64,000 nucleotides of DNA from the NCBI GenBank assembly GCA_964187785.1, contig OZ076409.1:56856001-56920000 (forward strand), given 5' to 3'. Shown here one piece after another: positions 38,969-49,228 of this stretch. This DNA comes from Amphiscolops sp. MND2022 (lineage: Eukaryota). Positions within the stretch are counted from its first letter, which is position 1. Every line of letters starts with the position of its first letter. Both the position numbers and the translations under genes were made by a program. The notes below the pieces were generated by a model, which was given only the letters and a program-made list of their open reading frames with translations, had not been told where the DNA came from and ran no database searches.

Positions 38969-40463
38969 TGTAAGAACTTTGACCCGTGGTCTCTCTTAGA
39001 TCTCCCACAGATCGTGAATCTTTCTTTGCAATCTTTGTTTTAGGCCCAGATGCGTTTTCCCTATTTTCCTGGCTACTAGGGGACGAACTGGCCTCGGTGT
39101 CCCTGTGCCTCGTAGAGGACATTGAGTTAGCAATGTTTTGAATTTCTGGAATGACTCTTTCAGCTATAGCTGTTGTAATAGCTCTATTTATTTGACTATG
39201 CATCATTGACATCATAGAGTCCATTTCTTGAGATAATCCGAGGTTAAATTCATTTGAGAAAGTTTCAAAGAACTGTCTGACTTCATTTTGTCTCAGTAAG
39301 TCATTTTCATGCGAGTAATCTCTATATTCATTTTCTAGGTACGCGTTTGTATCAACGTCCCCGTGGGTCGACGACTGATCTATTGCTTCAGCTAATTCCC
39401 TTTTTATGGGATTATTATTGCTATTTCCCACCATCACGTCTAAGTTTTCAAAGTCGGACATCATGTCCATTTCTCTAGATTTCCTAGCTTTCGCTTTCTG
39501 ACGTCTAGTAGAAGGCATAAGAGATTATTGCAAGAGGTAAGAATTTAAATTAAGTTCTCAAGCTTGCAAACAGAGTTTATTTGAACGGTTTTAACAAACT
39601 GGTTCTAACGGTATCAAACAGTTGTTCCCCGGGGCTACGTGTCCCGGCTATATATACATGAATTTACATGACATTCAGTATTTCAACAGTCATGAGCTAA
39701 AAATAGCCTTAAGGGCTTTCTAAATATAGACTCAGCTATAAATAGCAACAATGACATTATCGTGACGTCACTCAGTTCAAAGGACTCCCCTGTTGGATGT
39801 TATGGCGGGAAGCCCGTGAGTCCGCAAATGCAATAAACAGCATACATGTATGAAATAAAACAGATTACATGCGTTTCAACATTTAACTGCTTTTCATGGC
39901 ATTGTAAGTAATAGCACTCTGTCTTGCATCATTCATGAGTCCTTTTGGGACTAATTATGTATATTGTAAGTTATTAGAGCATCATCAATTACGTAAGCAA
40001 TAGCACTTACTGGTTAGCACCTTTAATTTAATTGTGGACTCAGTGTCCGAGTGACACGAGCGGACTAGCACTTTATCGACCGACGGCATATGGCCGTCTA
40101 GTCCTTTGATTAAATAACTCAGTACAGCAACAAATGAAAGTATTACTGCACTCTGATTGGATAACGAGTTAATTGGACTGGTAGACCAAGGCGACAGGCA
40201 AGAAATCATTCGAACGCGTTTCCTTTACCTGTACGCCTTGGTGTCCAATTAACTTACGTATTAACACCAGTATATTAACTTTACATGTGATTATATAATA
40301 CCAAACATATTGTGATATAAAATATGAGGTTTGCATGACTTCTTAAGATAATTTTAAGAGTTTTGTCTGTATGTTTATTTTAGAGGAAGTGTGTAGGGCT
40401 GCACTTTCTTATAATTGTGGCAAATTGAATATACATTCCCATCACAGGCGGACGCCTGGGACA
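38969..40463 (-). repeat. 3' LTR of element C (1495 bp)
   Basis: Matches 53881-55375; TG...CA termini; contains a second copy of the gag 5' part (ORF 38919-39518). Confidence 0.95.
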
Positions 40464-41214
40464 CTCCCCCTGGAATCAGCATAAAACAGCCCACTCTCAA
40501 TCTTTCCAGGAGGGCCAGTCTTCTTGCGTTGAACTGCTCGGCTGATTCTCCCCGTATGGCCGTTTTATGAAGGTAATCAATGACTGCCTCATCTTGAATT
40601 TGTTCCTCAGATTTCCCGCAAACGAGGCAATCTGTACAGCCTGAGATATAGGGGTTGTCACCGCCATTCGGTCCCCTGAAGTGGATGCCGTTGGAATGTT
40701 GCTGACTGTTACTAGTAGTGGCTTCTGCTGCTATCCTCCAGTCGCCTGACGGGTATTTATCCCTGGCTGGGGGTGACATGGGCGTGTCGACCATGGGAAT
40801 TAGTTGGCTGCATAAATTGATTGGGTGGTCATTTCTTAGCCGTGAGTCTCTCGCAATTGGTCCTCTGCCCATTCCCAAGTCAAAGTAGCCAGCATCGAAC
40901 ATAGGCCCAGGGATGTACGGTAGCCTGGGAGTTGCAGCACGAGCCACTTCTTGTTTACTGGCAGTAGAGGGAATTGGAATACTTTCTGAAGTTGACGGTA
41001 ATTCCATCTGCCTCTCCACACACTGAGCCAGGAGGGCCACCTCGTCGTCATCGGACAGGCTTTCCAAATCGTCAACAGATGCACTGCTAGCGCATTCCAT
41101 GTCGTCGTCTGAGGAAATGTAGATTACCCCGTCTCCGGGTGCTGCCCCTTGGAAGTCCTCAGGGTAATATTCCGGGGACTCAGAGTCAAAGTGGCTTGAC
41201 AAGAATTTATCCAT
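40375..41214 (-). CDS. Accessory sense ORF of element C (279 aa; acidic N-terminus, SIM-like VIYISSDDD, CxxCxxC), last 89 nt inside the 3' LTR
   Basis: Intact ATG-to-TAA ORF, GC-richer than the flanks; reads through the PPT (IPGGVSQA); no signal peptide or TM segment evident. Confidence 0.75.
   Translation of the reverse strand: MDKFLSSHFDSESPEYYPEDFQGAAPGDGVIYISSDDDMECASSASVDDLESLSDDDEVALLAQCVERQMELPSTSESIPIPSTASKQEVARAATPRLPYIPGPMFDAGYFDLGMGRGPIARDSRLRNDHPINLCSQLIPMVDTPMSPPARDKYPSGDWRIAAEATTSNSQQHSNGIHFRGPNGGDNPYISGCTDCLVCGKSEEQIQDEAVIDYLHKTAIRGESAEQFNARRLALLERLRVGCFMLIPGGVSQASACDGNVYSICHNYKKVQPYTLPLK
40464..40473 (-). promoter_or_regulatory. PPT of element C
   Basis: Minus strand CCAGGGGGAG abutting the TGTCCC LTR start. 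Confidence 0.8.
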
Positions 41215-42493
41215 GATCAATTTCTTGGCTATTTTGGAATTGACTGAAGGTTTTCAAGTTTTGACTTTCTGAAGAGTTGCTGATTTTTGAGAATGAAACT
41301 GAAACAATGGCGATTTTACTCTCCGTCGACTTGCGGGAGTTTTCGTTTGAGTTTCCCGGGGTTTTACTCTTCCTTGCTGACTAAATTTTCAATAACAAAA
41401 TTCCTTCCTTCTAGAACCTTTCAACTAGCCGCTCGGTCTTCTTTGAAAATGCCGACCGAGGCTTTGTTGACTTACATCACCTCTATCAACACTCCCATAT
41501 TAAACGCGTCGCTTCAAGTGTTTATTAACACTCATTTAGCACTTAAGAGTTTCAAGAGGGTGAAGATATGGCATACGGCTACGCCGTCCTTCAGCAGTTT
41601 TGATTAGCCAATAGGAATGCAGCATGATTCTTCCTGAATGAAAATGGCTCCTCAAGGTCGTAAATCCATATAAGGACTAATGTAAAATGACCTTGAAATT
41701 GAATGAAATCTTGGAAAATCATGAAATAATTTGTAAAAATGGTACAGTTTCGAAATAAATAAGTGATTGTAGATATCGCTGGCAGACTCCATCCACATGA
41801 TAATGTAAATTGTAAATAATTGCAAATTTGACACCAAATTGTATAGCCACGAACTCCAATTTTGACACTTTGTCACATTGCCGATTCACCTTTCAATTCT
41901 TTTACATTTGAATTCTCTCCAATTACTCTCTTTGTATTATCGCCAGTATTTAATCTTCTTTAGTCTTCTAGTCTTTGAGTCGTATTTATCCGTACTTTGT
42001 CTGAAGTTTCCATTTATATTTTCTCCTCGTTACACCTTCTGTGGATTTCTTGGGTCAACCTAGGACAATCGACACTGAGTCCCTTTTGGCAAACCCACCC
42101 ATATTCAGCATTCTCTCCCTCTTTCAAAGAAGAATCTGCTCCTCTCGCTCAGCAGCTGCTGTATAATCACTATTTCGGATCCAAAATACTTCTCCTCTGC
42201 AGATCGACCTCCAGGACTGACAATTCATCCGGCATCCGCAATCTGCACTCAGAACTTTTCTCCTTCAATTTAGTCCGCACAGGTCAGTAGCGTTTCAGGG
42301 GTTTTCATTTCTATCTTTGGTAATGAACTAATTTGAGGCTTGATCAGGGCTCTCATTTCATTCACGTACTTCCTGTCCCGTAACTTAAGCATTCACTTGA
42401 GTTCAAATATCTACTTCCGGAAGGTTTTTTAATGCGGCAATGGACTCTTTTTCAGGAAGTTCTCCGCTTGAATTTATCTTTTTCTATTTAGAC

Positions 42494-45400
42494 ATGTCGT
42501 CCGAAGAGCACAATGAAGTTGTTCCCGCTACCGCTACTGGGACTCTGGTAGAAGAAGAAGTTCCACAACAGTCCGAGGAAACAGTCGTCAACCAGACCGC
42601 CACCGCAATAAAGGACGCTGAGTCCAAGCAGCCTGATCCGCCGAAAGACAGCTCATCTAAGACTGGTCCAACCCCCAGCCCTTCCACCGATGAGAGTATC
42701 TCTGCGTACATTGAGCGTCAGTTGCAGACTCTAGGTTGTCAAGATACTGGACTGGACATCTCTTTCTTGCCTCCTACCACATCTGCCATCGTGGACAATG
42801 TGCTAAAGCCAACCACTGCGAAAGCTTCGGAGTCGGAGCCGATCCCTCACGTCGCAACCGGGCCGGCAGACAAGGAGTCTCCCGAATTTGAGACTGGCCG
42901 AACAATTGACATCGTCAGTGAAGCTGAGTTTTCCGTCACCAAGGCGGATTATTTTCAAACAGACACCAGCGACGTTGAAGAGCTTCTCGATAGTTCTGGA
43001 GCTGAGACTGTCAAACAATCTCCATTCTTACTTACAATAGAGACACAAAGCGCCACCGGGTCCGAGGCCCGTAAGGAGACTGAACAATTGTCCTCAGCAG
43101 GGTTGCCAGACGTCTCTTCCCCAAAGCTTTTTAGTCCTACCAAGCCTCTATCTGCTTCAGCTCGCACTCTCATTAATCAACATTTCAGCGAGACCAATCC
43201 AAGTATCCTTCCAGTAGGACACGCAACAGTAGCCTTCAATCAAGGACAGGTACATTCCATTTTGCGCGCCGTCTCCACTGAGACCATTACCTCTTCTTTA
43301 CACCAAATGAAGAATATACTGGAAGAAGCGATTCGGGTGGGGTCCGTTCCCAAGGCACCTCACAAGGACCCGGTAAACAGCGGATCAAATGTTTCCGCAA
43401 ACAGGCTGACAGCCCTGGACCAGATGGGCAAGATAGCGACATCGGGACTGAGGGGTACACCAGTGGAGCCCTTAGTTCAGAGGATGAGTTTGTCATCAAC
43501 TCACAAAGGACTGGTAAGGAGCTTAACATCATTCATCCCCCAAGTCCTCCTGGCCAGGCTTCGTCCCTGGCGCCTTGGCCGACACCCATGCACCAAGTCC
43601 CCAGTCCAGGTTTCTGCTCAACTGATTATGAGCCGTTGGCCACATTGAGCACTGACCAAGCCTCCGCTTCTAGTCCACCCCGCAAACGTCGCCGTCTTCC
43701 AGGACGCACTGGTAAGATAATGAAGGAGGCTTATTTCAAAGGATCCAATCGACCCGAACATTCGTCACTGGCCCACTCGACCCGGAGCACAACAAGCATA
43801 AATTCTATTGTCAAATATGCAAGACGAATGTTTCCATTTTCACAAAAGGTGCCCGGGAGATTGTCCGTCATTTCCAGTGTGAATCCCATTTCCGCAAGGA
43901 CCAGCGCTGGAGATATGAACATCTGAAGAAGAAGGATAAGGTGACTGGCCGAATCGTCTATGAGGTCAGGGGGAAGAAGGGCCAACTGCTAACACCTCTG
44001 GAACTTGAAAGAGAGAAACCCCTCTTTATGCAGGCTCCTTTAGTAGAAACTGGATGCAGCTACCCATTTTACGAGGACCATATGGCAGGCCTGGGATCCA
44101 TAGCTGGGCAGGAAGAGATCAGACTGTGCGTCCAAATCTCCATGGTTGCACTCTTTGCTCCTCGCTGTGAGGATTTATACACCCTTGAGTTGCTGTGGTC
44201 ACAGATTGGCACTGTAACCAATCTTCAGAGCCTGTTCTCTCCATACGATTGGGGTTCCTCCACATTGACAGTAAGTATCGTTAGTTCCTAGCCTCAGGGT
44301 TCTTCCGTACTAGCATAGCTTAGGTATATTTTCATCCTTGTTGATTTGTTTCAGACAATTTTCCATCACATCTTTCTCTGTGGAATTGCGGACATCGCGT
44401 ATCATGTCAGTGTCACGGGCCAATACTCTTTGGAGTTTGAGATGCGAGGCACCTACAGCTTTGTCTCGATTCGTTTCTGGAAGGGCGAATTCCTCAACGT
44501 CTTCTGTTTACTGCGTTACCGGACTGCTTCAGAGCCTGCTGCCGGTTTCTTGTTGGCACTTTCCCGTCTCCTGTCCGTGTTGTCAACACAGCCCCAAATC
44601 GTGAGTGTGTCTGGATGTCCCGCTGAGCTAATCCCGCTTCTTGAGCGTTCTTGCTTCTTCCAAAAAGGATTTGAGTACCCCTTTCGGTTTGATGCACTTT
44701 CTTTGCCAGACATGATGCACGAACGATGGGGGAAGCGTGTTTGGAACCATCAGCTTTTTTTCACAGCTGAAGTTTCTGGTTGCCTTCTTGGACGGCTGCA
44801 GTGGACAGCCCTGGGCCGCCCTAATGCCTGAATTCGTCAAGGTAAGGGTATTGTCTGTTCGACTGTAGGTCCAAGTTTAGACTGCCTCTAATGCACATAT
44901 TATCTGTAGGCTATGTCTACCCATCGTGTGGAGGTCGCTGCTGTGCCAACCATATGTTCGGAGCTGATTGCGAACTGGAAGTCTGTGCACCAACACTTGA
45001 CAAAAATTGCGCCTCCACAAGTTAATCAGGGGGTCAAGAGCAAGCCCCAAAGTCTCGAGTGGGAAATCATATCTGATGATCTCTTCACCATCAAACTAGA
45101 ATTCTTCGCACGAATTGTTCGTGATTGTTAGTATTTTGATCTTTTCTTTCTGTTCTGAGGACACAATGTCTCAGTTTTATTTGCCATTGAATAAAGTTCA
45201 TACAAGGTGTAGCAGATTGACATATTTGGTCCAATGACGTCGTTAGGACCAGGTGGGACAATAATATATTTTGTTTTCCAGACACCAAGAGCTTTGAGAG
45301 TCAGTTTGCACAACGAAGGGATAGCGGTTTCTACACTTTCCGCGAATTTCATACCTTCATCCGAAAACTGGCTGCCCGGGCTCTTCTCCCCAAACACGTA

Positions 45401-48400
45401 CCTGAGATGCTGGACTGGAAGTCGCTATGTGACTTACAAGGACAGGACTGGCGACAGCTGTCAAATCGCGATTTCTTGAGTCGGTTGAAACTCAAAGAGA
45501 ATCTGGATGCTGCATGCCTCGTTCGTGTCAAGAAGGTCTACAGTGAGAAACAGCCGTCCCCCGAAGGAATAGAAGCAGCGGTTGAGGCCACACGGGACGA
45601 TTTCGCCACCAAGGCTCGAGGTTACCTCGTGCATCTTTTGAAAGTCTTCCTTGCTGTCCTCAGCAGGGTTGCCAGACGTCTCTTCCCCAAAGCTTTTTAG
45701 TCCTACCAAGCCTCTATCTGCTTCAGCTCGCACTCTCATTAATCAACATTTCAGCGAGACCAATCCAAGTATCCTTCCAGTAGGACACGCAACAGTAGCC
45801 TTCAATCAAGGACAGGTACATTCCATTTTGCGCGCCGTCTCCACTGAGACCATTACCTCTTCTTTACACCAAATGAAGAATATACTGGAAGAAGCGATTC
45901 GGGTGGGGGTCCGTTCCCAAGGCACCTCACAAGGACCCGGTAAACAGCGGATCAAATGTTTCCGCATACAGGCTGACAGCCCTGGACCAGATTGGCAAGA
46001 TAGCGACATCGGGACTGAGGGGTACACCAGTGGAGCCCTTAGTTCAGAGGATGAGTTTGTCATCAACTCACAAAGGACTGGTAAGGAGCTTAACATCATT
46101 CATCCCCCAAGTCCTCCTGGCCAGGCTTCGTCCCTGGCGCCTTGGCCGACACCCATGCACCAAGTCCCCAGTCCAGGTTTCTGCTCAACTGATTATGAGC
46201 CGTTGGCCACATTGAGCACTGACCAAGCCTCCGCTTCTAGTCCACCCCGCAAACGTCGCCGTCTTCCAGGACGCACTGGTAAGATAACGAAGGAGGCTTA
46301 TTTCAAAGGAATCCAATGGACCCGAACATTCGTCACTGGCCCACTCGACCCGGAGCACAACAAGCATAAATTCTATTGTCAAATATGCAATACGAATGTT
46401 TCCATTTTCACAAAAGGTGCCCGGGAGATTGTCCCTCATTTCCAGTGTGAATCCCATTTCCGCAAGGACCAGCGCTGGAGATATGAACATCTGAAGAAGA
46501 AGGATAAGGTGACTGGCCGAATCGTCTATGAGGTCAGGGGGAAGAAGGGCCAACTGCTAACACCTCTGGAACTTGAAAGAGAGAAACCCCTCTTTATGCA
46601 GGCTCCTTTAGTAGAAACTGGATGCAGCTACCCATTTTACGAGGACCATATGGCAGGCCTGGGATCCATAGCTGGGCAGGAAGAGATCAGACTGTGCGTC
46701 CAAATCTCCATGGTTGCACTCTTTGCTCCTCGCTGTGAGGATTTATACACCCTTGAGTTGCTGTGGTCACAGATTGGCACTGTAACCAATCATCAGAGCC
46801 TGTTCTCTCCATACGATTGGGGTTCCTCCACATTGACAGTAAGTATCGTTAGTTCCTAGCCTCAGGGTTCTTCCGTACTAGCATAGCTTAGGTATATTTT
46901 CATCCTTGTTGATTTGTTTCAGACAATTTTCCATCACATCTTTCTCTGTGGAATTGCGGACATCGCGTATCATGTCAGTGTCACGGGCCAATACTCTTTG
47001 GAGTTTGAGATGCGAGGCACCTACAGCTTTGTCTCGATTCGTTTCTGGAAGGGCGAATTCCTCAATGTCGTCTGTTTACTGCGTTACCGGACTGCTTCAG
47101 AGCCTGCTGCCGGTTTCTTGTTGGCACTTTCCCGTCTCCTGTCCGTGTTGTCAACACAGCCCCAAATCGTGAGTGTGTCTGGATGTCCCGCTGAGCTAAT
47201 CCCGCTTCTTGAGCGTTCTTGCTTCTTCCAAAAAGGATTTGAGTACCCCTTTCGGTTTGATGCACTTTCTTTGCCAGACATGATGCACGAACGATGGGGA
47301 AGCGTGTTTGGAACCATCAGCTTTTTTTCACAGCTGAAGTTTCTGGTTGCCTTCTTGGACGGCTGCAGTGGACAGCCCTGGGCCGCCCTAATGCCTGAAT
47401 TCGTCAAGGTAAGGGTATTGTCTGTTCGACTGTAGGTCCAAGTTTAGACTGCCTCTAATGCACATATTATCTGTAGGCTATGTCTACCCATCGTGTGGAG
47501 ATCGCTGCTGTGCCAACCATATGTTCGGAGCTGATTGCGAACTGGAAGTCTGTGCACCAACACTTGACAAAGATTGCGCCTCCACAAGTTAATCAGGGGG
47601 TCAAGAGCAAGCCCCAAAGTCTCGAGTGGGAAATCATATCTGATGATCTCTTCACCATCAAACTGGAATTCTTCGCACGAATTGTTCGTGATTGTTAGTA
47701 TTTTGATCTTTTCATTCTGTTCTCAGGACACAATGTCTCAGTTTTATTTGCCACTGAATAAAGTTCATACAAGGTGTAGCAGATTGACTTATTTGGTCCA
47801 ATGATGTCGTTAGGACCAGGTGGGACAATAATATATTTTGTTTTCCAGACACCAAGAGCTTTGAGAGTCAGTTTGCACAACGAAGGGATAGCGGTTTCTA
47901 CACTTTCCGCAAATTTCATACCTTCATCCGAAAACTGGCTGCCCGGGCTCTTCTCCCCAAACACGTGCCTGAGATGCTGGACTGGAAGTCGCTATGTGAC
48001 TTACAAGGACAGGACTGGCAACAGCTGTCAAATCGCGATTTCTTGATTCGGTTGAAACTCAAAGAGAATCTGGATGCTGCATGCCTCGCTCGTGTCAAGA
48101 AGGTCTACAGTGAGAAACAGCCGTCCCCCGAAGGAATAGAAGCAGCGGTTGAGGCCACACGGGACGATTTCGCCACCAAGGCTCGAGGTTACCTCGTGCA
48201 TCTTTTGAAAGTCTTCCTTGCAGACATCAGCCTCAATGCTGGTATCGTAAGAGGCTTGGTCAGTTTTGATCCAGTAGCCCTCCTGAGTCTGCCGCTTGAA
48301 CAGGCCACATATTGTTTCTCCGCTTTATATCGATCCTTCAGTTTGCGAGGATGGTTGGAGAATTCCCCCGAGGCCGATGCCCGAGACGAGTACATTGATT

Positions 48401-49104
48401 TTGTGGAGCACTTCCGTCAAGCAAATTCTGGAGCCAAGGACACCCCGGAGGTCTTCTCCGACATGATTGCCTTTCTGATGGACATGCTCGAATTGAAGTT
48501 GCGTAAGCATTTGTTCTACATCTTCCAGTTGAGTTGTCTGTGTCTGACTTCTAAATTGCCAGAGCTCCCAGCTATCAAATTCTCTGGAGTTGACTGCAAT
48601 GATCCCCGGAGTAGGCTTTTCGATGTCATCATGCCTGCACAGTCCTACCTCGCTAATGTGGCTAATTCAGTAGCTGTGTGTACTACAGAAGCTTCCCTGG
48701 ATACTTTCAAGGATTTGGAGTTTCGTTTCAGTAGCGGCAACGTCCCAGGAGATCCTTGGACTCACGTAGACAGTTTCGGCAAGGCCAATTTGCATAAGAT
48801 CTTGATCTCAGTTTACAAGGCTCTGGGCAAGAGTGTTCGTCTTGACAACGAGTCCATTTCCAGTTCTTCGTCTAAAGAAGGGGGAAACATCGTAAGCAGT
48901 CCCCCGATAAAGGCAAGAAAGTTAGCTTTCGGATGGTTAGCGGAACTGAAGCCACAAAGTCCTCCGATGGAAACACCCCCGGAACTTCTAAATCTTAAAT
49001 GTACAAATGTACATTTGTTTCTAGACTGTAATTGTTGTAAACTGTTTCGTATTTATTTCATCTATTTGTTGATATGTTCGTGGCCTTGTATCATTCGCCA
49101 CTGA
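42494..49104 (+). pseudogene. Antisense spliced gene inside element C: about 1,200-1,250 aa zinc-finger protein with hAT-transposase-like motifs, disrupted here by a tandem duplication
   Basis: Reconstructed exons 42494-43088+45655-46838, 46923-47408, 47477-47693 and 47849-49104 (or 48998 with a late frameshift); GT-AG introns 46839-46922, 47409-47476 and 47694-47848 all preserve frame; CQIC-x16-H-x5-H finger; NLS-like PPRKRRR. Confidence 0.8.
43089..48221 (+). repeat. Head-to-tail duplication, 43089-45654 and 45655-48221 (about 2.57 kb, about 99% identical)
   Basis: Junction ...gtcttccttgc|tgtcctcagcagg at 45654/45655; ORF pairs are duplicated; the first copy carries three extra 1-bp indels. 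Confidence 0.95.
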
Positions 49105-49228
49105 GTCTTCTTTACTGTATATAATTATTTCAAGTAGAAAAACTAGTCGGAAATGTCCCAAGTAAAAATAAATGTCCTGATGGACTGGTAGTCAAAGTAA
49201 AGAAGGGACTATTAATTCAAGTTTCTGG

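Noticed and set aside
40375..41214. Calling the ORF next to the 3' LTR env
   Set aside because: No signal peptide, furin site or transmembrane segment evident; the protein is acidic and short.
42283..49200. Nested autonomous hAT transposon inside C
   Set aside because: No TIRs or 8-bp TSD found by eye, very little room before the pol stop, and the catalytic motif looks altered; not fully excluded.
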